From positions 1 through 50,581 of the IMG/VR virus record IMGVR_UViG_3300048849_000135: a DNA stretch of 50,581 bases; one strand, 5' to 3'. Each line of letters begins with the position of its first letter. The stretch's first letter is position 1. Shown here piece after piece: positions 9,314 through 17,667 of this stretch. This DNA is from a virus. Taxonomy: Duplodnaviria > Caudoviricetes. The position numbers and the translations under genes were made by a program. Below the pieces are notes generated by a model. That model saw only the letters and a program-made list of their open reading frames with translations, was not told the DNA's origin and ran no database searches.

Positions 9314-9550
9314 ATGGGCCTTGCAGTTCTGAAATCAGCCGGGCAGTTCACGCTGCATATTCGCTGCGAGAACTGTCTGCGCGAGAGCATAAAGGAAATC
9401 GAGATACCGGTAGGAGACGGCGCACCGCGCGATCCGGACGAGCTGATCGACAGCGTTTATTTGGAAAGCATCCCGTTTCGTTGCCAGCCATGCGGAAGCG
9501 CAATCGGCCAGCTGGTCGGGATCACAGGAGGAAATGCAAATGGGTATTGA
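9314..9550 (+). CDS. Small Zn-ribbon protein (CENC...CQPC), probably SOS-regulated
   Basis: AGGAG RBS; two CxxC pairs; LexA box. Confidence 0.75.
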   Translation: MGLAVLKSAGQFTLHIRCENCLRESIKEIEIPVGDGAPRDPDELIDSVYLESIPFRCQPCGSAIGQLVGITGGNANGY

Positions 9551-9848
9551 AAGAGAAGTTTTGGAATTTATTATCGTGCCACCGTACGAGAAGCGCGAAG
9601 CCGTCACAGCAGCCAAGGAACAGATGGCAGACTACCTAGGGCGCACGTTTCCGGGCTACAGCTTCAAAGTCGGGCCTTTCGCACCGGTAGGAGAAGAGGA
9701 TTCGTTCTGTGTCCTGCCGGTCATGAACTTCCTCGGCGCCGACGGGAAGAGCTACATGTGCGAGGAGCCGAGGCGCTGGTTCGTGCAGGAGATCGCGGAC
9801 GCATGTGAAGCATTCGACCTGCACGGAATACGGCACCGTGCGGCCTAG
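9534..9848 (+). CDS. Hypothetical protein
   Basis: AGGAGG RBS; overlaps the upstream gene. Confidence 0.75.
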   Translation: MQMGIEREVLEFIIVPPYEKREAVTAAKEQMADYLGRTFPGYSFKVGPFAPVGEEDSFCVLPVMNFLGADGKSYMCEEPRRWFVQEIADACEAFDLHGIRHRAA

Positions 9849-9924
9849 GTGAACGAGCGAACCTTCGGACTCCACACCGAAGAGAAATCCTGCTTCTATG
9901 CCTCCGGGAATGGGGGAGAGCAGT

Positions 9925-10794
9925 ATGGCGGAGCGATGGTTAATTGAGCCGGTGAAAGTAGAGTTCACTGGACGAGACGCAGATGCTCATCGAATGGACG
10001 CGGTCCTTCTGGGCCAATCGTTGTCTGGTATGGCTCGAGTTTACAACTCCGTCGGTCATTATCACTTTCACAGGCAGATTAAACCTGCAGCGCATTCAGC
10101 AATCAGAGTTCAGGTTGGCCCACCTGAATACGGCTCCATCTTTTACCTCATTTATATGATGATGGTTCACGGGAAGATGGCGGTCTATCCGGAATTACTG
10201 TTCTCGTTAGCGGAAACGGCCGTCCCATCCTTCATCAAGGCAATTGTAGCGCGACGCACGGGGCAAACGAAACAAATGGATAGAGCGCTAGATATTATCC
10301 AGCAACAGTCCGCCCAGTATCACGAATTAGCTCTTGAGGCGCGCAGGAGTGACCAGCAACTTCGTGAAGGTTTATTGGATGTGGTCAAGACATTGGCCGC
10401 AAACAACCGACCTGCGCTTTCGGACATGGCCGCACCGGTGGGGATAACTGTGAATGAGGTGCGGCAGGTACCAAAGCATGCCGATCCTATTGTGATCGAC
10501 GCCCCGACCGCGGCGGCTTTGCGCTCTAAAGAGGAGATTACAGTGGGCGAAATGGCTACGTTCAGGGGCATCTTCAGAGCTGTCGATACAACAACCGGTG
10601 CGTTCCGTATGGAAGATGAAGATGGGAAGGAATTCCGCGGTAAGATCACGGATCCCTCTCTCTTGACTCCCAAAAACTTCTACACGCATGCCCTCGATAC
10701 TCAGGAGGTCGTTGCCATCACCGCCAAGCCAACCCTCAATGAAGATGGGACAGTGCACCGACTCTTCGTAAGTGACGCCGGAAAGGCGAGCTAG
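9925..10794 (+). CDS. Accessory hypothetical protein (DUF7946/DUF7947-like; OB-fold-like C-terminus)
   Basis: GGAG RBS; codon usage less GC-biased than core genes; converges on cI. Confidence 0.75.
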   Translation: MAERWLIEPVKVEFTGRDADAHRMDAVLLGQSLSGMARVYNSVGHYHFHRQIKPAAHSAIRVQVGPPEYGSIFYLIYMMMVHGKMAVYPELLFSLAETAVPSFIKAIVARRTGQTKQMDRALDIIQQQSAQYHELALEARRSDQQLREGLLDVVKTLAANNRPALSDMAAPVGITVNEVRQVPKHADPIVIDAPTAAALRSKEEITVGEMATFRGIFRAVDTTTGAFRMEDEDGKEFRGKITDPSLLTPKNFYTHALDTQEVVAITAKPTLNEDGTVHRLFVSDAGKAS

Positions 10795-11477
10795 AACCCC
10801 GGCATCTCATTCATCACCCTGCGTACGAGCGCGATCACCCGCACGGTAACGCCGTCGTCGGCCTCATTGTCTGGTCGAACGACAATTGGCTTGTGCTTGG
10901 GATTGGTTGAACGCGGATGAAATTCGGCGCGGTCGGGGAATAGCTCGAGCTGTTTCACCGACCATTCCCGGAAGTGCCCGCCGTCGCGTTCTCGCTGGAC
11001 GACAACCACCATGCCCGACCGCAGCTCGACCTCATGGCCTACATCCTCGTAGGCGAGGCATACCAGCCGATCGCCGGCAAAGATCGGGCGAGGGCGTAGA
11101 TCGTTCATGCTGTCGCCGGCCACGTCGAAAACAAGCTGCCTGGCATTCGGGAATTTCTCGTCGCGGGGCAGGACGATCTCAACCGGCTCGGACTGGTCGA
11201 ACTCATCGACCTCACGGAATGCGCCGGCCTCCAGCGTCCCGGCGACCCGGCCGACGACAAGCCCAGTCGTCATTGGGACGATTTCTGCGCCTGGAGCGTC
11301 TTCACCGAAGTAGGAAGCCGCTCCCGCGACCTCATGGGATTTCAGCTGGCGCTTGCCGCTGACCACCTTGTTGATTGCTGACGGATGCAAACCGAGCGCC
11401 TTCGCAAGCCCGGTCTGCGACATGCCGGGCTTCTGAAGGTTATCGATCACCCACTTTTTGTATGGATCTTCAAGCAT
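10791..11477 (-). CDS. cI: Phage repressor (XRE HTH plus S24 peptidase)
   Basis: HTH SQTGLAKALGLHPSAINKV; A-G cleavage site (EAG); GDSM and VKQL catalytic motifs; divergent from cro. Confidence 0.93.
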   Translation of the reverse strand: MLEDPYKKWVIDNLQKPGMSQTGLAKALGLHPSAINKVVSGKRQLKSHEVAGAASYFGEDAPGAEIVPMTTGLVVGRVAGTLEAGAFREVDEFDQSEPVEIVLPRDEKFPNARQLVFDVAGDSMNDLRPRPIFAGDRLVCLAYEDVGHEVELRSGMVVVVQRERDGGHFREWSVKQLELFPDRAEFHPRSTNPKHKPIVVRPDNEADDGVTVRVIALVRRVMNEMPGF

Positions 11478-11563
11478 ATGGCATTTTCGCACAGGCGAAA
11501 TGCTCGGTCTCGTGCGATTGCGGCACAATTTGCTTGACGTGGCGTGTGCGATTATCGCATAGT
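11478..11563. promoter_or_regulatory. oR region: three 15-bp operators (11478-11492, 11512-11526, 11546-11560) and pR (TTGACG-18-CATAGT)
   Basis: Imperfect GTGCG-N5-CGCAY palindromes at 34-bp spacing between cI and cro. Confidence 0.8.
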
Positions 11564-11569
11564 TCCGTC

Positions 11570-11833
11570 ATGGATACGAACGCACCCGAAAAGCTTGAGC
11601 CTGCCGCCTCGATTATCGATCGTTTTGGTGGACCCGAAGCCGTCCAGGCGATCACCGGCGCCGACAGGACGCGAGTGTACCGCTGGACCCAGCCTAGAGA
11701 GAAGGGCGGGACGGATGGTGTCATCCCGCTCAAGCCGGCGCAGAAGCTCTGGGCGCACGCGAAGACCAACGGCATCGAGATCCCGGGCGACATGTTCCTT
11801 TCCGCCAAGACTGGATCCGAGGTGGCCGCATGA
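11570..11833 (+). CDS. cro: Cro-like repressor
   Basis: IIDRFGGPEAVQAITG..RTRVYRW...GVIP motif; divergent from cI. Confidence 0.85.
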   Translation: MDTNAPEKLEPAASIIDRFGGPEAVQAITGADRTRVYRWTQPREKGGTDGVIPLKPAQKLWAHAKTNGIEIPGDMFLSAKTGSEVAA

Positions 11834-12939
11834 GCGCCGACGGTCAGATCAAAGCGTATTTCCAGCGCTGGGAACGCCTCGAGGGCGAGAAGAAGGCTAT
11901 CAGCGACGACCTCAAGGAGCTGTTCAAGGAAGCTAAGAGCTTCGGCTTCGATGGCAAGGCGCTGCGCGCGGCTTTCAACCGCAAGGCCAAGCTCGACGAA
12001 GGCGATCCGGCGGACGCGCAGTTCGAGATGACTGTCGACACATACCTCAACGCACTGAACGGCTCCCCGCGCGATGCGCGCTTGCGCACACGAGAAAAGA
12101 TTGAGGAATTTGACGCGGAGACAGGCGAAGTCCTCGACCCAAAGCTCGCCCAGACCGAAGCCGGCCGCGCCGCGCTGATCGCTGCCGTCGATATCATGAT
12201 CGACCGCGATGAAGCGGACGAAGGGGAGGCCGAAGGTACCGCGTCCGGTCTCCCCACCAATCAGCCGGAAACGGCAGACCAAGCTTCGAACGGCAGCAAT
12301 GCCGATAGGCCATCGCTGGCAGCGCGCGGTGACGAAGAAAGCGCTGTCTCCATTTCCCCCATTGCTCCGGCCGCTCACGGTGAAGCCGAAGCCCCCAGCG
12401 TCGAGCGCGTAAGCCCCGAGGATGACGCCAGTAACGGCAGCACCGACGCCAACACAGGAGGCGATTATGTAGACGCTCAGCAGAACGCGGCAACAGAACA
12501 GGCCGGGGCGCTCGTCGATCAGAGCCCGGCCGCCCCCGGCGAAGACGACGATGATGCGGTCGAAATGGAAAGCGTTCCGTTCCAGCCGATGAAGCGGCTG
12601 CACTATGCGCACTGCTTCCCCGAGCTCACGAAGGCTGAGCACGATCGCCTGACGGCATCCATTGCGCAGGTCGGCATCGAAGAACCGATCGTCAGGATGC
12701 ACGACGTCATCGTCGACGGCTGGGCTCGCTACAACATCGCCCGATCTCTCGGCCTGGCATATAGGGTCGTCTCTTACCGCGGCAACGACGTCCTTCTGGA
12801 CGTGATCGCCTGGCAGCGGGCGGCGCGAGACTTCACGCCGACACAGCAGCGCAAGATCGCGGCCGCGCTGGCGAAGGAAATCCCGCACCGCGCCGCCGAC
12901 ATCATGGCCGCCTTCATTTTCGAAATGGAGGAAGCATGA
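11830..12939 (+). CDS. GapR (DUF2312) domain, acidic linker and ParB-N-like domain fusion
   Basis: IKAYFQRWERLEGEKKAISDDLKELFKEAKSFGFDGKAL (GapR); L.ASI...GIEEPI....IVDGWARY (ParB-like). Confidence 0.8.
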   Translation: MSADGQIKAYFQRWERLEGEKKAISDDLKELFKEAKSFGFDGKALRAAFNRKAKLDEGDPADAQFEMTVDTYLNALNGSPRDARLRTREKIEEFDAETGEVLDPKLAQTEAGRAALIAAVDIMIDRDEADEGEAEGTASGLPTNQPETADQASNGSNADRPSLAARGDEESAVSISPIAPAAHGEAEAPSVERVSPEDDASNGSTDANTGGDYVDAQQNAATEQAGALVDQSPAAPGEDDDDAVEMESVPFQPMKRLHYAHCFPELTKAEHDRLTASIAQVGIEEPIVRMHDVIVDGWARYNIARSLGLAYRVVSYRGNDVLLDVIAWQRAARDFTPTQQRKIAAALAKEIPHRAADIMAAFIFEMEEA

Positions 12940-13042
12940 TCCCCATCCTTCGCCCTTCATCAGTAGACGCGATGGTCCAGCGCGCGATTGAGCGCGGCAT
13001 CGGGCTGCACCGGTCAAATCAGCCTCGCTTCGGGAAGTCGCG

Positions 13043-13189
13043 ATGACCTTCACCAGCTTCGTCATCGCGATCGTCGTGGCCGTCCTGCTCGTCGTCATCG
13101 TCGTGCTCTCCATAGCAAGCGCCTTCGAGCGCGAGAAACCCGACCAGATCGACTTCGACCGCGACACCTGGAGATGGCCTCCAGACTGA
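13043..13189 (+). CDS. Small single-TM protein (48 aa)
   Basis: Translated by hand: MTFTSFVIAIVVAVLLVVIVVLSIAS... Confidence 0.55.
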   Translation: MTFTSFVIAIVVAVLLVVIVVLSIASAFEREKPDQIDFDRDTWRWPPD

Positions 13190-13220
13190 ATTGACGTGCG
13201 CTCACCCCGTCCGGTGCACG

Positions 13221-13502
13221 TCACGGCTGCCGGTCCTTCGCTTCCTCCCTGGGACCGGCAGCCAACACTTTGACTTTCGGGAAGCCACCACGCAGCCGAA
13301 CGACTACGGCAGCGACGGCTTCACCCAAAGGCTGGAATGGCGCTGACGACACCGGCGGAGTGTCGTCAGCCACAGGGCGCCGAGGCGGCGGGTTGGCCCT
13401 GCGAAACGGAATTACGGTTTGCCCAGACGGCGGGCCGGAGACCAAGGGCGAAAGCCCGGCAAGGCCTGGCCCTTGGTCTTTCTCATCATCTCTCCGGTGC
13501 AT
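13221..13502 (-). CDS. Antisense hypothetical protein (Pro-rich)
   Basis: GAGGAG RBS; VIPFRR motif. Confidence 0.4.
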   Translation of the reverse strand: MHRRDDEKDQGPGLAGLSPLVSGPPSGQTVIPFRRANPPPRRPVADDTPPVSSAPFQPLGEAVAAVVVRLRGGFPKVKVLAAGPREEAKDRQP

Positions 13503-13551
13503 CTGAAAGCTCCTCTGAACAAGGAGATCAGTCGCACAGGAGACGGACAAG

Positions 13552-13926
13552 GTGTTGTCAGACAGTGACAAGGACTCGGCAAAGAGAGCCAAGGTTATGA
13601 GTGACGCTTTTTACGCACAGAACCTTCTGAGAGAGGCATTTCCGGAGCAGCGTTACGGCTCCGTGAAGGGCGCGATCTTCGCAGCCTACCGCTTCGTCAG
13701 CCCAATGGTTTCGAAGGATCTCACTCAGCGCAGAATACGCGCGATCCGCGACGGCACAGCCCGCCGCATCGATGCTGAAGAAATGGAAGCCTTAAAGGCC
13801 GCTCTACAGGAGGAAAGCCGTCGTGAGCAACGAGAACTCCGTGCCCGTCTGGCTGCGCTGGATGAAAAGCTTGCCGCGTTCGATGCGGTCACAGCTCGCG
13901 AGGAAATGGCGGAAGCGAGCCAATAA
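13552..13926 (+). CDS. CII-position transcriptional regulator (putative)
   Basis: Position downstream of cro; helical, HTH-like segment. Confidence 0.55.
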   Translation: MLSDSDKDSAKRAKVMSDAFYAQNLLREAFPEQRYGSVKGAIFAAYRFVSPMVSKDLTQRRIRAIRDGTARRIDAEEMEALKAALQEESRREQRELRARLAALDEKLAAFDAVTAREEMAEASQ

Positions 13927-13965
13927 GTGGGCCGATCGCGCCGAATGGATCATGGAGGACTGACG

Positions 13966-14679
13966 GTGCAGCAGCTTGCTTTAGACCTCCGGCCTTTGCG
14001 CATCCTGATCGGCTGCGAGACGAGCGGCATCGCACGGCGCGCCTTCGCTGCGTTGGGACATGATGTCTGGTCCTGCGACATCCTTCCGGCCGAAGACGGT
14101 TCCAACCGGCACATCGTCTGCGACATCCGAGACGGCATCCTGTCCGATGGGTGGGATCTGCTTGCGGTTCTCCACCCGCCTTGCACTCGCCTGTGCCGAT
14201 CCGGCCGGCGATGGATGAGCGGCCCGGGACAATGGACGCCTCCGAAGCAACTGCCTGCCGGACGTACGTGGGAAAGCATGAAGGACGAGTTCGAGGATGG
14301 CATCTCGATCTTCACCGCCTGCTGGAATGCGCCGATTGAGCGGGTAGCAGTCGAGAACCCGGAGATGAATGATCTGGCGCGCGCCCGTATGCCTGCCGAT
14401 CTTCCTGCGCCTCAGATCGTCCAGCCTTCGTGGTTCGGCCATCCGGAATACAAGGCGACTGGCTGGTACCTGCGGGGCCTTCCGGAGCTCGAGGAAACCG
14501 ACCGACTGCCGGAACCGGAGCGCGGATCGGACGAGTGGAAGGCATGGAACCGGGTCCACCGGATGTCACCGGGTCCTGAGCGCGCCAGACTGCGGAGCCG
14601 ATCTTTTCCGAAGATGATGACTGCAGCTGCTGAGCAGTGGGCCGGATATGCGGTCGAGCAGACGAGGGAGGTAGCATGA
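13966..14679 (+). CDS. DNA cytosine methyltransferase-like protein (short phage type)
   Basis: CETSG..R.AF...GHD.WSCD, HPPCT and ENP motifs. Confidence 0.85.
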   Translation: MQQLALDLRPLRILIGCETSGIARRAFAALGHDVWSCDILPAEDGSNRHIVCDIRDGILSDGWDLLAVLHPPCTRLCRSGRRWMSGPGQWTPPKQLPAGRTWESMKDEFEDGISIFTACWNAPIERVAVENPEMNDLARARMPADLPAPQIVQPSWFGHPEYKATGWYLRGLPELEETDRLPEPERGSDEWKAWNRVHRMSPGPERARLRSRSFPKMMTAAAEQWAGYAVEQTREVA

Positions 14680-14873
14680 CAGATCCCTCCGAAATGATCG
14701 CCTGGCTCGATCGCCGCATCGCCAGCACCTCGACCTGGCTGAAGGATCACGGACGCAGTTCCAAGAAGCCGCGGCCCGAAACAGAGATCGCCACCAAAGA
14801 ATACGACGTCGCCCGGTTCGAAGAGATCCGTGGCGCGTACCTCAAGGCTTTGGCAAAGAGGGATGCGGCATGA
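14676..14873 (+). CDS. Hypothetical protein
   Basis: ATGA-coupled; GGAGG RBS. Confidence 0.7.
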   Translation: MTDPSEMIAWLDRRIASTSTWLKDHGRSSKKPRPETEIATKEYDVARFEEIRGAYLKALAKRDAA

Positions 14874-16048
14874 GCCAGACCCGCACCCTACTTGACGGAC
14901 GCTGCACCATGCATGTCGGCGACTGCATCGATGTCATGCGCACCATGCCGGCCAACTCTGTCGACTGTGTCGTCACTTCGCCGCCTTACTGGGGCCTTCG
15001 CGACTATGGTGTGGCTGGGCAGATCGGCCTTGAGCCGACGCTGGGCGAACACCTCGAGGTAATGGTCGAAGTCTTTCGCGAAGTCTGGCGCATCCTGAAG
15101 CCGCAGGGCACGCTCTGGCTGAACTATGGCGACTGCTATGCTTCGACACCGAACGGGAAGAGCGCTGAAGCCTACAAGGCAGATGGCAGCGACGACCGGA
15201 CATTCCGCGACAAGCCCTTTTCGACAGTCGGCCCGATCTACGACCCCAATTACAATCGATCCGCTCGCGGTCACTTCCAGGTCAGCGATCGCCAATCCCG
15301 CGTCGAGACCGGCGGGCGTGTGGTTGCCGGCGGCTACTTGAAGCCCAAAGACCTCTGCATGATCCCGAACCGTCTTGCCATCGCCCTGCAGGAGGATGGC
15401 TGGTGGGTCAGATCCGAGATCATCTGGCACAAGCCGAACCCGATGCCGGAATCGGTCTACGACCGTCCGACATCGTCTCACGAGAAGATCTGGCTTCTGA
15501 CGAAGGGGGAAAGCTACTTCTACGATCACGAGGCTATCCGTGAGCAGGTCAGCGGGACAGCACACGCTCGGAAGCCCGGCCCTAACAGTCGGCAGAATGT
15601 GGACCGTGTACCTCGATCGAGAAAGTTTGCCAGCGAGGGCGATGCCATGGTCAAGGCCAAGCGCTCTTTCGCGGAGGGCACTGCCGATCTGGTAGAGACG
15701 AAGAACTCCCGGAACGTCTGGACCATCGCGCCGAAGGCTTTCCGAGAATCGCACTTCGCGACGTTCCCACCCGCACTGGCCGAGCGCTGCATCAAGGCAG
15801 GCACTCCCAAGGCTATCTGCACTTGCTGTGGCGCTTCGAGCGGCTGCGGGCCAATCTGCGAAGTCTTCGGTACCGAGCCCGGTCTTGTGTTCGATCCCTT
15901 CGGCGGCGCCGGCACGGTCTCTCTAGTGGCCGAGCAGCTGGGGCTGCGGAGCATCATGGTCGAGCTGAACACAGATTATGCCGATATTGCTGAGCGCAGG
16001 ATCACGGGCTGGCGGCCCTCGGTCGACGAAAACGAGGTGGCAGCATGA
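14870..16048 (+). CDS. N4-cytosine/N6-adenine DNA methyltransferase (beta class)
   Basis: TSPPYW before DPFGGAGT; HFATFP. Confidence 0.93.
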   Translation: MSQTRTLLDGRCTMHVGDCIDVMRTMPANSVDCVVTSPPYWGLRDYGVAGQIGLEPTLGEHLEVMVEVFREVWRILKPQGTLWLNYGDCYASTPNGKSAEAYKADGSDDRTFRDKPFSTVGPIYDPNYNRSARGHFQVSDRQSRVETGGRVVAGGYLKPKDLCMIPNRLAIALQEDGWWVRSEIIWHKPNPMPESVYDRPTSSHEKIWLLTKGESYFYDHEAIREQVSGTAHARKPGPNSRQNVDRVPRSRKFASEGDAMVKAKRSFAEGTADLVETKNSRNVWTIAPKAFRESHFATFPPALAERCIKAGTPKAICTCCGASSGCGPICEVFGTEPGLVFDPFGGAGTVSLVAEQLGLRSIMVELNTDYADIAERRITGWRPSVDENEVAA

Positions 16049-16593
16049 ACGCCCTCAAGCTCTTCCGCACCGGTTATAGCGCCAAACCTACTTGGACACG
16101 CGGTTGTCAGAGAGGCCGCAATCGCAGCCTCTCCACATGCACCGGTCGTTCAGGCAGAAACACGACCACCGCCGGCGGGCGTCTTGACCATCCACGGCTG
16201 GACGGCAGGCTCCTTCATGAGAATGCCCTTCTTCTTTCCGAAAGCACGGACAGCATCTCGCGCCACATTCAGCGGCTTGTGTCCGTCGTGTGCCATGTAG
16301 CAGGTCTTGAGAGTGACCTCATGGATGAGGTCACGGTCGCCTTCCGGCCAATCCTCGAGAAAATCGATCGCATCATCGAGCGTGGTTATCTCACGGACGA
16401 GGTCTCTCTTCTCTTTCAGATAGACCGGCCTGTCGAACATCTTCGAGATCATTTCTACCTCACTGAAAACGTTGGTGATCAACAAGGAAAGCGCCGCGTT
16501 GCAGCGCCAAGCAATAATCTGAGAGCCGCCTTTTGCGACGTCAAGAGCCGCGGCGGTCGATGCGATCAAACTATCGGGAGGTCAATGTTGTGA
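16045..16593 (+). CDS. Bridging ORF (MNALKLFRTG...) spanning the antisense DUF982 gene; may be a disrupted phage gene
   Basis: ATGA overlap at the start, GTGA overlap at the end; interior is the codon-aligned antisense of DUF982. Confidence 0.35.
   Translation: MNALKLFRTGYSAKPTWTRGCQRGRNRSLSTCTGRSGRNTTTAGGRLDHPRLDGRLLHENALLLSESTDSISRHIQRLVSVVCHVAGLESDLMDEVTVAFRPILEKIDRIIERGYLTDEVSLLFQIDRPVEHLRDHFYLTENVGDQQGKRRVAAPSNNLRAAFCDVKSRGGRCDQTIGRSML
16150..16452 (-). CDS. DUF982 family protein
   Basis: F.RPV......I.T..DA.DFL..WP......A+.AF...GIL pattern; GAGG RBS. Confidence 0.88.
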   Translation of the reverse strand: MISKMFDRPVYLKEKRDLVREITTLDDAIDFLEDWPEGDRDLIHEVTLKTCYMAHDGHKPLNVARDAVRAFGKKKGILMKEPAVQPWMVKTPAGGGRVSA

Positions 16594-16775
16594 CTTTTTC
16601 CGAATCCTACGCCATCTACGGCCCCGACACCATCGCCATCAGCAAAGCCCTGAACATCCCAGAGCATGAGGCAGACCGCCTCATCAATGAGCGGATGGAG
16701 CGCCGCTATCGCCGCCGTGCCTACGAAGCCCGCGTTCGTTTCCAGCTCCGCGAGATACGGGAGCGGCACGCATGA
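16590..16775 (+). CDS. Small HTH-like hypothetical protein
   Basis: GGAGG RBS; DTIAISKALNIPEHEADRLI. Confidence 0.65.
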   Translation: MTFSESYAIYGPDTIAISKALNIPEHEADRLINERMERRYRRRAYEARVRFQLREIRERHA

Positions 16776-17146
16776 CCGAGAGCATGACCCGGGAAGAGTA
16801 TCTGGCCACCGTCTCCATGCCAAAGCGCGGCAACAAGTTCGGCGCGCAGCGGACCGAGCGGGACGGCATCACCTTCGACAGCAAGCGCGAGGCTGAGGTC
16901 TACGGAGAGCTGAGGCTGCTGGAGAAGGCTGGCCGGATCTCCGGCTTCGAGCGCCAGCGCAAATTCGAGCTGATCGTCAACGGCGAGATCATCGGCACCT
17001 ACCGCGCCGACTTCGCCTTCATCGATCACGACCAGGATGGCCGGCTTCGGGTGATCGACGTCAAGGGCGTGATCACTCGCGACTTCCGCCGCGTCAAGAA
17101 GATCATCAAGGCAATCTACAATATCGAAGTGGAAGTTTGGAAATGA
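16772..17146 (+). CDS. DUF1064 family putative nuclease
   Basis: NKFGA...DGITFDSKREA...Y.ADF...DVKG. Confidence 0.9.
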   Translation: MTESMTREEYLATVSMPKRGNKFGAQRTERDGITFDSKREAEVYGELRLLEKAGRISGFERQRKFELIVNGEIIGTYRADFAFIDHDQDGRLRVIDVKGVITRDFRRVKKIIKAIYNIEVEVWK

Positions 17147-17667
17147 GCAGGATCAGGTCAATCCATCCTGGCTTGCTGAGCGACGAGGCGTTCATGACGC
17201 TGACCGTCGAGCAGCCGGTTGCAATCCCGTTACTACTGGGCCTCTGGATGGAGGCGGACGACGACGGCGTATTCGAATGGAAGCCGCTGACCATCAAGGC
17301 AAAGACGCTCCCAGCGCCACTCGTCGATGTAAATGTGCTCCTTGAACTCCTCGTCAGCCTCAACTTTATCCGAAAATTCGAGGCGTCAGGTAAACTTTAT
17401 GGGGCAATTCGGAACTTTAAGCACTGGCAAAGACCGAAGTTGCCGAAGGTGAAGTGGCCAAAAGGCGACGACATCGCCGCTTATGTTGGCATCGCTTCCC
17501 CATCAATTCCCCAGTCCTTACCCAGTGATGGGGAAAACTCTTCGCAGAGGGAGGAGGTAGGAGGGAAGAGGAAGGAAGAAAAACCGAACAGTGGTTTTTC
17601 TTCTAGCGCTAGCGCGCAAAAAAAATCTGCCCAATCGAAGTTTTTGGAGGCGATGGACCATGCGTGA
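17143..17667 (+). CDS. Putative replication initiator (short)
   Basis: MSRIRSIHP.....E......LGLW.EADD.G N-terminus typical of phage initiators. Confidence 0.7.
   Translation: MSRIRSIHPGLLSDEAFMTLTVEQPVAIPLLLGLWMEADDDGVFEWKPLTIKAKTLPAPLVDVNVLLELLVSLNFIRKFEASGKLYGAIRNFKHWQRPKLPKVKWPKGDDIAAYVGIASPSIPQSLPSDGENSSQREEVGGKRKEEKPNSGFSSSASAQKKSAQSKFLEAMDHA

Noticed and set aside
11470-13224. 584-aa minus-strand ORF, and similar long antisense ORFs (4599-5603, 6902-8041, 34121-35704, 48508-49611)
   Set aside because: Shadow frames of GC-rich real genes with no recognisable domains; only the last 64 codons of 34121-35704 look like a real gene
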